A stretch of 28,306 bases of DNA from a bacterium (GCA_037444445.1 JBBIMK010000026.1:1-28306), one strand, 5' to 3'; shown: positions 1 to 10,700, counted from the first letter of the stretch. Numbers and translations: made by a program. Notes: generated by a model from the sequence alone, not told the origin.

Positions 1-82
1 ACACAGGGGAAGGAAAAGCGAGTAGCCACTTACGGGTGGCAAGGAAGATGAGCCAACTTTTGGGAATTTGTTATAATAGGGG

Positions 83-1441
83 ATGATGAAAGGGAAAAAG
101 GTGGGGCTGGCATTTACGGGAATTTTACTTATTACCTCTTGCGTGCAGGATTGGGGGGTGTGGCGGGGGGGAAAGGGAGACGGTGGCGGCACGCCCGCCC
201 CCCCTGCCGAGGTGCAGGTGACGGTGCGGGACATCTGCATTGCCTTCCTTCCGGGCGCCTGGATTCTGGTGGAGGACCGACTGGGGTTGCAATCTCATAA
301 AACCGGTGTCAATGAGGAGTTCTGGCAACTGCAAGGGCTTCAGCCCCCGGTGACGGTGACGATTGGTTATAAAAAGGACGCAAACGCAACCCCCTGGTTT
401 ACCACCTGGGTATTTTCTGCCTCCCGTTTTTTATATTTTACTGTGCCGACGAATCAAGAGAACTGCCCTCCTCCGCCCCCTCCGGGCAATGGCGGGGGGC
501 CCACCCCTGGCTCTTTAGAGGGCGACATTCTGAGTTCCACGGGCGGTGAAATTGAAATCCGCACCTCTTCCGGAGGGTATCAGCGTCTGCTATCCGGGCA
601 AACCCACTTCCGCCTCACCAATATTTACCCCGGGAAACTCCTGCTGTTTGCCACCGAATATGCGGCGGGAAATGTGCCGACCCGCTTCGGCATGCTCAAG
701 GATATTCAGGTGGCGGAAGGGGAGAGTAAAACTGGCCTGCAATTAGACCTTACCGCTCCTTACACCACGCAGGTGAACGGGAGTGTTCTCTTTCCCACAG
801 GCTTCACTCCCAATCCCGGTCCTGCGGGTTCTTACTATCTTTTCAGTGTATCCCTGGCCACGGGAGGTTATATCAGCAGTCTGGGTCGGGTTTTTGACCT
901 CTCCTCCGGGTCTTACCAGTTGAACCTGCCCGATTTCACTCTCCTTCCCCTGGACCTGACAAGCGACCTTGTGGTCATCAACGCCGCTGCCACTCAAACC
1001 TTGAACGACAGGGGAACTTCCACTCCCGGCGACGACTGGAGCCGGAATGTGAATTTCTATACCACTCGCCTCGTGGGGCAATTCACCTCTTCCCCGGTGG
1101 ATTTTGACATTCCTTTCCTCCCCATTCCTTCCCCTCTGGAGCCTGCAGAAGGTGCTCAGGTGAGCCGAAATGGTCTTACTCTGAAATGGCAAAAGGTCCC
1201 TGACCCCACCCTCACCGGCTATACCCTCTGGATTCGTCCTGCGACCCTGAACCAGATTATCTGGAGCATCGTGGTGGATGACCCGGACATCACCTCCGTC
1301 CGCCTGCCCACCATCCCCAACAACGAATTCGATGCCTTTACACCGGGAGAAACCTACTACTGGACCATCAATACGAGAGGCGGGGCTTCCTCCACCGGCT
1401 CCTCTGCCGAGTCCAACCTCGCCTTCTCCATCCAACCGTAA
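83..1441 (+). CDS. Hypothetical secreted lipoprotein with Pro/Gly-rich linkers and an FN3-like C-terminus
   Basis: 452-aa ORF. The N-terminus MMKGKKVGLAFTGILLITSC looks like a signal peptide with a lipobox-like ITSC. Low-complexity linkers GGGTPAPP and PPPPPPGNGGGP are present. The C-terminal LTLKWQKV...GYTLWIRP...GETYYWTINT resembles an FN3 strand pattern. No family recognised. Confidence 0.6.
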   Translation: MMKGKKVGLAFTGILLITSCVQDWGVWRGGKGDGGGTPAPPAEVQVTVRDICIAFLPGAWILVEDRLGLQSHKTGVNEEFWQLQGLQPPVTVTIGYKKDANATPWFTTWVFSASRFLYFTVPTNQENCPPPPPPGNGGGPTPGSLEGDILSSTGGEIEIRTSSGGYQRLLSGQTHFRLTNIYPGKLLLFATEYAAGNVPTRFGMLKDIQVAEGESKTGLQLDLTAPYTTQVNGSVLFPTGFTPNPGPAGSYYLFSVSLATGGYISSLGRVFDLSSGSYQLNLPDFTLLPLDLTSDLVVINAAATQTLNDRGTSTPGDDWSRNVNFYTTRLVGQFTSSPVDFDIPFLPIPSPLEPAEGAQVSRNGLTLKWQKVPDPTLTGYTLWIRPATLNQIIWSIVVDDPDITSVRLPTIPNNEFDAFTPGETYYWTINTRGGASSTGSSAESNLAFSIQP

Positions 1442-1487
1442 GCCGGTAAAGAAAGGTTTCTTTATCTCCTGCTATAATGATAGCAGG

Positions 1488-2549
1488 ATGGGGAATCGGC
1501 GGGAAATCACCTTTTCCATTTTTCTCCTTTTGATTTTTCTGATTCTGGGGATGCTGGCTTATCGCATAGTGCGGTTCTTTTTTGCCCCGTTCTTCTGGGC
1601 GTTCATTATGGCCCTTGTCTTCTATCCGGTGTATCGGAAGGTGAGGCAATGGCTGAGGGGGCGAGAGTCACTGGCAGCATTTCTGATGACCGCGGGGGTG
1701 TCCCTGCTGGTCGCTGCTCCTATGGTTTTACTCCTGGGGATTGCCGCCGCAGAAAGTGATGACCTCTCTCAGCGCCTCACCTTCCTTTCCAGGCAAGGAA
1801 CTCTGACGGCGTACCTGCACCCCCTGGAGTTACCCCGGGTGAAAGAATGGATAGAACGCATTCACACCACCTACCAAATAGATGTTTACAGATTCCTCCA
1901 GGAAAATATCACGGGAGGCATTTCCTTTTTAACCCACTTGCTCAAAGGGTTTTTGAAGAGCCTGTATATCATCGTGATAGATTTTGTTCTGATGGTGATT
2001 ACGCTCTTTTTTGCGTTTCGGGACGGTGGGAAATTTTTACTCGCCTGCCGGGATTATATTCCCCTGAGTGGAGAGTCCAAGGAGCGTGTTTTCCTCCGCC
2101 TGCAGGAAACAGTGAATGCGGTGATGCTGGGCATTGTGGTAACATCTCTGGTCCAGGCCTTCCTGGCCGCGGTGGGATACTCGTTGTTCCGTGTGCCTTA
2201 CCCTTTGATGTTGGGCTTTCTCACTTTCGTAGCCGGCTTATTAGGGCTTGCGGTGCTGGTGTGGCTCCCGGCGGTGGCTTATCTTCTTTTTTCCGGTCAA
2301 CTTGTGTATGGTATCCTGTTAGCGGTATGGGGGATTTTACTATTGAGCAATATAGATAATTTCATTCGGCCTGTGTTTATCAGCGGTAGAACCCATCTGC
2401 ACCCCCTCGCCCTGATGGTGTTTATCCTCGGCGGATTGATTCAATACGGCTTCCTTGGGCTCTTCCTGGGCCCCATTATCCTTGCTGTGTTCATTACACT
2501 GCTGGAGATTCTGCGGGAAAAATACTACCCCGCACTGAAGCAGGAGTGA
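1488..2549 (+). CDS. AI-2E family transporter (PerM/UPF0118-like permease)
   Basis: The track ORF 1278..2549 overlaps the upstream gene, so I start at the in-frame ATG at 1488 (MGNRREITFSIFLLLIF...). The protein is polytopic. The C-terminal block SNIDNFIRPVFISGRTHLHPLALMVFILGGLIQYGFLGLFLGPI is typical of the AI-2E/UPF0118 family. Confidence 0.8.
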   Translation: MGNRREITFSIFLLLIFLILGMLAYRIVRFFFAPFFWAFIMALVFYPVYRKVRQWLRGRESLAAFLMTAGVSLLVAAPMVLLLGIAAAESDDLSQRLTFLSRQGTLTAYLHPLELPRVKEWIERIHTTYQIDVYRFLQENITGGISFLTHLLKGFLKSLYIIVIDFVLMVITLFFAFRDGGKFLLACRDYIPLSGESKERVFLRLQETVNAVMLGIVVTSLVQAFLAAVGYSLFRVPYPLMLGFLTFVAGLLGLAVLVWLPAVAYLLFSGQLVYGILLAVWGILLLSNIDNFIRPVFISGRTHLHPLALMVFILGGLIQYGFLGLFLGPIILAVFITLLEILREKYYPALKQE

Positions 2550-2588
2550 TAGGTGACCGCTAAATATCGGTCGTATATAATAGAGACG

Positions 2589-3464
2589 ATGAATGGAAAA
2601 AGAGGGAGCGGTCTTTCGCAGGGTAGGAGTGTAGCTCTTGCGCTGCTTTGTTCCACTCTTCTTTTTACTTGCCGGAAGCCGTCCGCCAGTTCCACGGTTG
2701 AACAGTCAGGCGGTGCTTCGCCTTCCACTGGCACTGTGTATGAGGTGCAGCGAGTGATTGATGGAGATACGGTGGAGCTATCCAGTGGAACCCATCTTAG
2801 ATACCTGGGCATCAATACGCCGGAAAAGAAGGAACCTTACTTTGAGAATGCCACCCTGTATAACCAGAAATTGGTGATGGGAAAAAGGGTGCGGGTGGAA
2901 ATGGACGTTCAGCCTTACGATTCATACGGGCGACTTCTGGGGTTTGTTTTCGTGGACCGGGTGAATATCAATGTGGAGTTAGTCCGTGCTGGAATGGCTC
3001 ATGTGATGATTATTCCACCCAATTTAAAATATGCGGAAGTCCTCCAGAAGGCGCAGGAAGAAGCCCGAATCGCCGGGCGGGGCATCTGGACGCTGTTAGA
3101 GTATCAAGCCCCTTTGAAACTCACCAGCTTCCATTATAACCCGCCAGGGGATGAAGCGGCCGACCCGAACAGGGAATACCTGCGGCTGGTGAACCTGACT
3201 GGGGAGCCTTTGAACCTTCAGGGATACATCCTGAAGGACTCCGACGGTCATTCCCTTACCTTCCCGGATCTTGAACTCTCACCCGGCTATACGCTGGTGG
3301 TGCATTCGGGGAAGGGGAAGAATCAAACTTCTCCAGAGTACCAGCAGGAAATCTACTGGCAGTCCGATGTGCCTGTCTGGAACAACGATGGGGACGAGTT
3401 GCAACTTTATGACGCAGCGGGGAAGTTGATACTCAGGCGCTCCTATCGCGGCGGGCAAAAATAG
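2589..3464 (+). CDS. Secreted thermonuclease (SNase-like) fused to a lamin-tail (LTD) domain, probable lipoprotein
   Basis: The ORF opens at GTG 2553, and ATG 2589 (MNGKRGSG...) is the more likely start. The signal sequence ends LLFTC (lipobox-like). SNase motifs are VIDGDTVEL, LRYLGINTPE, YGRLLGFVFV and VELVRAGMAHV. The C-terminal EYLRLVNLTGEPLNLQGYILKDSDGHSLTF...NNDGDELQLYDAAGKLI matches the LTD pattern. Confidence 0.8.
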   Translation: MNGKRGSGLSQGRSVALALLCSTLLFTCRKPSASSTVEQSGGASPSTGTVYEVQRVIDGDTVELSSGTHLRYLGINTPEKKEPYFENATLYNQKLVMGKRVRVEMDVQPYDSYGRLLGFVFVDRVNINVELVRAGMAHVMIIPPNLKYAEVLQKAQEEARIAGRGIWTLLEYQAPLKLTSFHYNPPGDEAADPNREYLRLVNLTGEPLNLQGYILKDSDGHSLTFPDLELSPGYTLVVHSGKGKNQTSPEYQQEIYWQSDVPVWNNDGDELQLYDAAGKLILRRSYRGGQK

Positions 3465-3586
3465 AAGGTAGAAAGCAGAAAATCAGAGTGCATTCTGGGA
3501 AAGCCCTTGAGGTATTGAGCATCGGGCTTACATTTCTACCCTTCTGCTGCACGACGCACGGCTTCTGAGTATGGGTGGAAGGGAAG

Positions 3587-3595
3587 TGGTATAAT
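3587..3595 (+). promoter_or_regulatory. Extended -10 promoter element (TGgTATAAT) for rnpB
   Basis: TG at 3587-3588 and TATAAT at 3590-3595 sit about 7 nt upstream of the predicted RNase P RNA 5' end. No good -35 was seen. Confidence 0.4.
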
Positions 3596-3601
3596 GGTAG
3601 T

Positions 3602-4006
3602 GAGGGATGGGTCGGGCGGTCGCTCCTCCGAATTATTCGGGGGGGAGGAAAGTCCGGACTCCACAGGGCAGGACGCTCCGGAAAGCGGAGCCTTCCCGGC
3701 TGAGAAGTTGGGAGGAGGGAAAGTGCCACAGAAACGATACCGCCCCGACATCCTGTCGGGGTAAGGGTGAAAAGGTGGGGTAAGAGCCCACTCCACCCGC
3801 CCGTGAGGGTGTGGTGGGGGCAAACCCCGTCCGGAGCAAGACCAAACAGGAGAGGGTGGTCCCGCCCACTCCGGTTCCCAATGGGAATCGGGGAACTCCG
3901 GGTCGGTCGCTTGACCCCTGATGGGAAAAGTATCAGGGGCAGAGGAATGACCGCCACCCCGGCTTTTGAGTCGGGGAACAGAATCCGGCTTACAGACCCA
4001 TCCTTC
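3602..4006 (+). ncRNA. rnpB: RNase P RNA, bacterial type A
   Basis: Universal blocks are present in order: GGAAAGTCCGGACTCCACAGGGCAG, AGTGCCACAGAAA, GGTAAGGGTGAAAAGGTGGGGTAAGAGCCCAC, GCAAACCCC, and ACAGAATCCGGCTTA. The P1 stem forms between 5' GAGGGATGGGTC and 3' GACCCATCCTTC, followed by a T-run. The ends are approximate to a few nt. Confidence 0.9.
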
Positions 4007-4033
4007 TTTTTATATTCACGCATCGGACTGAGA

Positions 4034-4933
4034 ATGGAAGAGACGGGACGAAAATTCCTCTTCTGGTTCGTCATTCTGGTCTTCCTTTTTATCGTGGCGC
4101 TGGTGGTGCGAGTTTCCGGGGTTTCCCACCCCTCTTCATCGGGAGCCTCCGCCTCTCGTAACCTCTTCCCCTTCCAGGAAATTATCCCCCTTTACCCCCA
4201 GCCGGCGCCCGTGATTCCAGAAGTCACCAATGAGGGCTTTGACATCCAGGTTCTGGCACCAGTGGTTTTTACCCCCCACACTGGAAATTTAGAAATCCTC
4301 CTCCGTGTCGCCGGAACCCCGCCCTATTCTCCTGTCATCGTGGTGGATGACTACCCTCTTTTTAGAGGCTTCTCGGTAACAACGGAAAGCAACAACCTCA
4401 CCCTCTCTTTTGATGAAGAAATCCAACTGGCGGATGGTATACGCACCCTCGTGATTTATCTCACCGATGGACAAAAAAGAACAGTCTCCGTTTCTATCCA
4501 GGCTCTCATTGAGAGTCCAGAAGTACGAACCTACCGAGAAACTGTTCTTCAATGGGCTCAGTCGGTGGAGCAGAAGTTTCCTGCCGATGCCAGCCTGGAC
4601 CGGGAAACCCTGAATGCTTATGTTCAGTTCCTTCTTCTGCCCATCCGTTACGGTTCCATTCCCAGAGCCTCTCTCCAGGGGGAATTGGCGAAGATTGAGA
4701 AAGCCCTGTATGACTCGCGGCCCACCTTCTGGAAAGCGGTATACGGGAAACCGTTAACCGAATTAGAAATTCATCTTGTGGCTCGGGTATTTCAGAAGAA
4801 CCTGGCACCCATCTTACTGAAAGTGGAGAAGGCATCGGGAACTTTCGTTTCCCCCTTCGTGTCCTTGAACGACCTTTCTCGGAAATCCACCCAGATTCTC
4901 GGTGGCAATCCTTATTCATCGGGGTATAGGTGA
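4034..4933 (+). CDS. Hypothetical single-pass membrane-anchored protein
   Basis: The first 89 codons of track ORF 3767..4933 lie on rnpB and are discarded. The in-frame ATG at 4034 gives MEETGRKFLFWFVILVFLFIVALVV (N-terminal TM helix). No family recognised. Confidence 0.55.
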   Translation: MEETGRKFLFWFVILVFLFIVALVVRVSGVSHPSSSGASASRNLFPFQEIIPLYPQPAPVIPEVTNEGFDIQVLAPVVFTPHTGNLEILLRVAGTPPYSPVIVVDDYPLFRGFSVTTESNNLTLSFDEEIQLADGIRTLVIYLTDGQKRTVSVSIQALIESPEVRTYRETVLQWAQSVEQKFPADASLDRETLNAYVQFLLLPIRYGSIPRASLQGELAKIEKALYDSRPTFWKAVYGKPLTELEIHLVARVFQKNLAPILLKVEKASGTFVSPFVSLNDLSRKSTQILGGNPYSSGYR

Positions 4934-6711
4934 AAGGACTGGAACCATTCTGAGAGTTTCTGGATGCGTTTTTGAGGGTCGGAGGGGAGGGAGAGGGGGC
5001 GACCTCGGCAGTCTATCATCAGCCCCACCACACCGCCCTGCACCGTCTTCGTCATCGTCTTACCTTTCCCCGCCCCCACATCAAATTTCCTCGCTGGCGT
5101 GACAGTGACTTCCACGCTTTCATCCAGCCCGATGGGTAAAAGCAGCATCTGCCCGAATGGCACCTCATGGGTGTAACCGCCGATGGTAAGCTGGAGGCAG
5201 GGCTCGCCTTCCACTCCCGTTCCAGAAGGAGCAATCAGGGTGCCCAGCCGTATCAGGCAATCCTTATCAAACACCTCTTTCGCCGACTGCTTATGAATCT
5301 CACTCAAAACGCCCAGTTGCGGCATCATAAAGATGGAGTCCACCGCAAGATAGGTGAAGCCCTCGGGCTGGAAGCCGTCAATCAGCATCATAGCAGCCTG
5401 GCTTCGGCGGGGGGCGTGAGAAAGAACCCCACCAGAACCCACCAGAAGGTCCAACTGCATCATATCAATCAGGGTTTCACCCGTGCGCGTTTGAGCAAAG
5501 GCATCGGCGATGGTTCGTTGTTGCTGGATGCCCTTCAACCCCACCGCAAGGGATTTGTGCTGAGCAAAGGACATCCGAAGGGCTTCCCGGCTGATGGCTT
5601 GCTCAACCATCAATTCTTCCAGGGTTTGAGGAACAGTGGTGGGGCGAATCATCTTGTTCTTTATCCGATTCCGCAGGTCTGCTTCCTCCATCTGAAACGG
5701 AAGCCAGCGAAGGATATTCAGAGGGCCTGCATCCGCTAATACATTGGAAATGGAATAAGAAAGCCCATAGTTGGCGGAGACAGTTCGGTTGAACACATTC
5801 TGGAAAACGGAGAAGACATCGGTGGTGGCTCCTCCGATGTCCACGCCGATGACCTGTATGCCTTCTTCCTGTGCAATCATCTGGATGAGTTTTCCTACCG
5901 CGGCGGGGGTGGGCATAATGGGTGCATTCGCCCATTCCATCAGGGTTTTATATCCAGGGGCATGGCTCATCACATGCTCTAAAAACAGGTCTTGAATCTT
6001 CAGGCGGGCAGGCATAAGATTCTCCCGTTCCAGTGTGGGTCGGAGATTCTCCGTAATCGTGAGAGCCAGTCTCTCGTCCAGAATCTTCTGGATTCTCGGA
6101 CGAGCGTCCTGATTGCCCGCATAAATGATAGGCAACAGGAAGGTGGTGCCGAGGCGGGCTCTTGGATTCGCCGCTCTGATGACCTCCGCCATCCCGACCA
6201 CATGGGTAATGTCCCCGCCATCGGTTCCGCCGGACAGAAGAATCATATCGGGGCGCAGTTTCCGAATGAGTTCCACCCGCTGGTGGGGAAGCCTTCTATC
6301 GTTCACCGCCAGCACATTCATCACGATGGCGCCTGCACCGAGAGCCGCTCGTTCCGCACTCTCCGCCGTCATCTCCTTCACCACGCCCGCCACCAGCATC
6401 TGAAGCCCACCCCCGGCGGAAGAAGTGGAAACATACGCATCCACCCCATGCCGATGCCCCCGGGATGGCACAATGATTCTTCCGCCCTCCAGAAACTTTC
6501 CGCTGGTCAATTCCTCCAGTTCCTGGATGGCATTCCGCACCCCCACCATTACATCTTCAAACGGCGCCTCCACCGTGGTGGGCGCTTCCCCGCGTGCAAT
6601 TAAACGATAGTGCTCTCCCACCTTCTCAATCAAAATCGCTTTCGTGGTGGTGCTACCGCAGTCTGTGGCTATGATGGACTGGAGAGTCTGAAAATCAGGA
6701 CTTCCCGCCAT
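4912..6711 (-). CDS. GlmL (glutamate mutase L / MutL)-like ASKHA-fold protein, putative mutase-reactivase family
   Basis: 599-aa ORF. The N-terminal IATDCGSTTTKAILIEK phosphate-1-like motif, GVDIGGATTDVFS and LLVGSGGVLSHAP resemble the GlmL family as I remember it. No mutase subunits are nearby. Confidence 0.65.
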   Translation of the reverse strand: MAGSPDFQTLQSIIATDCGSTTTKAILIEKVGEHYRLIARGEAPTTVEAPFEDVMVGVRNAIQELEELTSGKFLEGGRIIVPSRGHRHGVDAYVSTSSAGGGLQMLVAGVVKEMTAESAERAALGAGAIVMNVLAVNDRRLPHQRVELIRKLRPDMILLSGGTDGGDITHVVGMAEVIRAANPRARLGTTFLLPIIYAGNQDARPRIQKILDERLALTITENLRPTLERENLMPARLKIQDLFLEHVMSHAPGYKTLMEWANAPIMPTPAAVGKLIQMIAQEEGIQVIGVDIGGATTDVFSVFQNVFNRTVSANYGLSYSISNVLADAGPLNILRWLPFQMEEADLRNRIKNKMIRPTTVPQTLEELMVEQAISREALRMSFAQHKSLAVGLKGIQQQRTIADAFAQTRTGETLIDMMQLDLLVGSGGVLSHAPRRSQAAMMLIDGFQPEGFTYLAVDSIFMMPQLGVLSEIHKQSAKEVFDKDCLIRLGTLIAPSGTGVEGEPCLQLTIGGYTHEVPFGQMLLLPIGLDESVEVTVTPARKFDVGAGKGKTMTKTVQGGVVGLMIDCRGRPLSLPSDPQKRIQKLSEWFQSFHLYPDE

Positions 6712-7093
6712 CCGAACTCTCCTCCTTTTCAGAGGGTGAGGTGGCTGGAAGTTGCCTCCTGACTTCTGGTTCTTGCCTGCTGGCCATTTTTTCCGATTGC
6801 AGGGCTTCTATCTTCTGTATCAGCAGTTCCACATTCTCCCTTTTTTCCAGAAATTTCGGCAATTTTTCATATCGCTCACTCCCGAAAAATGGAGCAATAA
6901 AGGGTTGCACCCCCACCGCCATCTGATTCATTAAGAAGGAAAAAGGCTTGATGGACTCTAAGATAAAGATAGCAGGCGCAGCAAGGCCCCGTTCCACAAT
7001 CTTCCTCGCTACCCACTCGGCCGCCTCCTCATCCTTCTTATCCGGCGGTGGACTTAACGCAAACGCATCCCACAATCCCATCTCTCCATCCAC
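6695..7093 (-). CDS. Hypothetical small protein, translationally coupled to the GlmL-like gene
   Basis: 132-aa ORF whose 3' end overlaps the GlmL-like start by 17 nt. It has a hydrophobic central segment (AAPAIFILESIKPFSFLMNQMAVGVQPFIAPFF) and an acidic/Ser-rich tail. Confidence 0.5.
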   Translation of the reverse strand: MDGEMGLWDAFALSPPPDKKDEEAAEWVARKIVERGLAAPAIFILESIKPFSFLMNQMAVGVQPFIAPFFGSERYEKLPKFLEKRENVELLIQKIEALQSEKMASRQEPEVRRQLPATSPSEKEESSDGGKS

Positions 7094-7260
7094 CTCCTAT
7101 ATTTTACACCATCCTCCACCCTGCCCTCATCTGGTCATCCACGGGAAAAGTGGAAAATCATCAGGAGAAGTATCCATTTCAGAGCATTTGAACCGATGAA
7201 ATGTGAGAATGGCCGTACGGGGATGGATAACCGATAACTGCGTCAACGCCTCCGTTCCGC

Positions 7261-7686
7261 TCACGGGTATTTGTCGCGGAACAGCGCCAACAGAGCATCC
7301 GGAGAGAAGGAGGAACTTTTTCCCCGGGGGAAGCGGAAGAATAAACCCCGGTAGCGGTCTAAAAAGGAAGGCCTGTCAAAGGGGGAGAAGAATATTCCTC
7401 CCTCCAGGATTACAACCCTCGGGAAATCCTTGCGAGGTTTCCTGTATCTCAACCACAGATGTCGCCATCCCACCCATTCAGAATCCACACTGTATTCGGT
7501 AGGGAATAAGAAGGTGGAAATAGAACCGAGAATCAGGAGGAAGGATAGCGCACCCCAGCCTAAAGAGTGGGTAGACCACGCAAAGAGAGCGGGAAAGAAA
7601 ATCAGCGCTCCCACCGCCAGCCAGGCTTTACGAGAATCTTCCAGCAGAGGCCACACTCGCCAGTCTATTTTTCCCTTCTTATCCAT
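7261..7686 (-). CDS. Hypothetical membrane protein (two TM helices)
   Basis: 141-aa ORF. WLAVGALIFFPALFAW and WGALSFLLILGSISTFLF are predicted TM helices, followed by a basic soluble tail. It runs in the same direction as its neighbours. Confidence 0.5.
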   Translation of the reverse strand: MDKKGKIDWRVWPLLEDSRKAWLAVGALIFFPALFAWSTHSLGWGALSFLLILGSISTFLFPTEYSVDSEWVGWRHLWLRYRKPRKDFPRVVILEGGIFFSPFDRPSFLDRYRGLFFRFPRGKSSSFSPDALLALFRDKYP

Positions 7687-7762
7687 CTCTCACCTTCGGG
7701 ATGCGGGGGGGTGAGTCTACGCCAGTGCGGGGCATAGAGGGATTGTCTATCAACGGGAGCAT

Positions 7763-10700
7763 TTACACATGCCAGTCGTTGAATGGGGTTTCCACTTCCA
7801 GCGGAGGGAAAACGCTTTCAACAGAAGGCAACTCCTCAAACTCCTTCTCTTCCTGGCCGGGCTCCAATTTCAACGGCTGGTCGAAGGGAATTAAATTTCT
7901 CTCCCAGAAAAGGAAATCTTCCACAAAGATTTTATACTTATGGAGTTCAGTGCGCAGGGTGTTCAGATTCACCGGGTCAAAGGTGTAGAGCAGGGATTTT
8001 TCCAGTAATTTCGGGTTCGTGAGATGCTGATAGGCTTCCTCTAAAAGGATGAACTCTTCTGGATGTTTCTCAGGTCCGTAGGTCTTGATGAGTTTAAAGT
8101 ATCTTCTCTCCACATCCCTTACGGTAGCGTATTTTTCCAGCCCCAGGAACCAATAGAATTGATTGGCTCTTTTGACGAAGGAGAGGTAATCTTCCGCGTT
8201 GGCTCTTGTCAAAGCGGTTGCAGAGGGCTTCGCACCGTCCTCCTGCGAACTCAAGAAATTATTGCTCTCCTCCAACCAGATGGCATAATGAGTCATATCC
8301 GGTGTTTTATCCAGTTCTCGTTTCCAGTGATTCTGAAGCAACTTCCACAGGCGTGCGGCATCCTTCCATTCTCCCAGGATAGTGAATGCGAGCGCCAGAT
8401 TATGTAAAACTTCCAGGTCCCTGGGATACAGTCTCCTTGCCAGGTCCCATTTCATCACGGCTTCCCGGAGGTTATCCCGCTTAGCGAGGGCATAGCCTAC
8501 TTGCTTGTACGCCGCAGACAGGAGGAAATCCGCGTAGCGGTTCGTCGGGTCAAAGGCTTTAATCCGTTCCCAGGCTTCCAGGGCTTTGTCCGTGAATCCT
8601 TCCTCCATGAAGAAGAAGCCGATACGGGTGTAGACATCCACGACCATTTTCCGGTCGCCGATTTTTGCAGGGTTCAGGTCCATTATCCGATGCCAGTATG
8701 GCAAGCCCTGACTCCGATCCCCTTTCAACAGATACGATAGTCCCAGGAAGAAGAGGATTCTCGGGTCATCGGGGTCCTCCTGACGGCTCCTGGATAACAC
8801 CCGGATGGTTTCACCATACCGCTTCAATTTCAGCAGGAAAGAGGCATAAATCCAGGGTGGGAAGGTCGCTTGAACCTCCTCCTCAGGAATCTGAATGGCA
8901 GAGGTAATTTCCGGGGGTAAATCCATGGCAAGGATGGAAAAAATGAGGGCACGGAAGGCTTTTTCTTGTATCTCTTTATTTTTAGCGGACAGGAACAGGT
9001 GGTAGAACTCACGAACACATTCAGGGCGTCCATCCTCAAACTGGGCTAATGCACCATAATACCTGACCTGTTCATCACTTTTTAACGGGGTACGGAGCAA
9101 CTCTTCATACTCCACGAGAGATTTTTTCACTTCTTTCAGATGATGATAGGAAAGAGCGAGGTAGAAGCGGGCTTGATAGAATTTATAATTCAGGGAGAGA
9201 GTTTCATTGAACCATCGGGAAGCCTCTTTGTATTGCCCCCGGGCATAATGGGAGAGCCCAGCCCTGAAAGCCATTTGAACGGCGGATTTCCAGAGGGATT
9301 TGTTGTGCCAGTCTTGCTTCAGGGCTTCAGACAGCAAGGCGGCTGCCTGAGGATAATGCCCCTTGCCTGCCTGTATGGTGGCATAGGTATAAAGGGCGCT
9401 GGCTAATTCTCGGGTGACGGATTTCTCCCCCTGGGATATGGCTCTGCGGTAAGCATCCATCGCCGCTTCATACTGACCTGCTTGCATGCACAATTTCCCG
9501 ATACGGCTCCACACATAGCCCGCCACGGATTTATACCCTGCCGCTTTTTGATACACTTCCATGGCTTTACCCGGGAGTCTCTGTTTTTCAAAAGTGAGCC
9601 CTATGCGGGCGAGGGCAAAGGGGGCAAGGGTTTTCTCCTTCGTCGCCTCTATGAAGTGCTGATGCGCCATCTCCCAATCCCCTTTCAGAAACCCTATCAC
9701 CCCCAGCCAGTAAGCCCTCTGGGAGGCGAACCCATCTCCCAGCGTCTGAAGTATCTCCCGGGATTCGGATAACTTCTGTGTAGCCAGGAGGCTCTTCGCC
9801 TTCAGATACAGGAGTTCACCGTCCGTTATACCCAGATCCATCGCCTTTTGTATTGCCAGAAGGGCTTCCGAAAACCGTCCATTCTGGAAGGCAAACCGGG
9901 CGACCTCCTGCCAGATTTCTCCCGGTATCTGCCGGATTATCGGCAGGTCATACTTGAGAATATCCATAGCAATGGGAAAGAAGAGGGGGGAACGCTGAGG
10001 AGAGGAGAGTTCCTGCTTTAAGAGGATGTCCAGAACTTGAGGGGTGCGGCCACCTTCTTCGTAAAATTTTGCATACAGCGACAAAGCAAAAGGGGAAGTG
10101 ATGCCCTGCTGGAGGAAAAAAGGCACGACTTCCCAGCGGAAAGTTTTCTCCTCCGGGTGCCGTTGCAAATATCCCTGGTAAACTTGAAGGGCTTTCTCAT
10201 CCTGCGCCCTGCGGGAAAGATAGTAAGGCGCCAGCGCATCTACAATGGCGGGAGTGACCTCGGGGAGGCGGTTCTCCTGCAGGAGATAATCCAGGTAGAC
10301 TGCGTAAGCGGGTGGAATCTGGGTAGCGGAATGAATCTGCCGATATATCCCCTCTGCAGAGAGGAGTTTAATCTCCCGGGTCAGGGTCAGGTCAAACACG
10401 GAGCGGAAAATTTCTTCCGCAAGGGTGGAAATTTCCTGCGTGCGATGCAGGTCCACCGCCAGAAGTTCCAGAATGGCAGAAGTGCGAAGCCCGAGGCGGT
10501 GAGCAGCGCGGTAGATTGCCCCGGCGGCAGGGCTGGAATCCCTCCGCTGCGCCAGCAGGGTTGCCACACGCTTCAGCCCCTTCTCCGGCACGGTAACGCC
10601 CTGAGTCACAGCGGCTTTGTAAATCTCCAGCACCCAGGGGTCTTCCGCTCCTGCCTCGGAGAATAACGCCACGATTCCCGCCAAAAACTCCCGGTCTTTG

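Noticed and set aside
1278-1487. N-terminal 70 codons of track ORF 1278..2549
   Set aside because: This Pro/Ser-rich stretch overlaps the 3' end of the upstream lipoprotein gene in another frame. The AI-2E permease begins plausibly at ATG 1488, just before its first TM helix.
3433-4074. Three minus-strand ORFs (3433..4074, 3536..3823, 3633..3881) and the first 89 codons of plus-strand ORF 3767..4933
   Set aside because: They lie on the RNase P RNA gene. Their Pro/Gly/Arg-rich translations are what a GC-rich structured RNA gives in any frame, so they are not coding.
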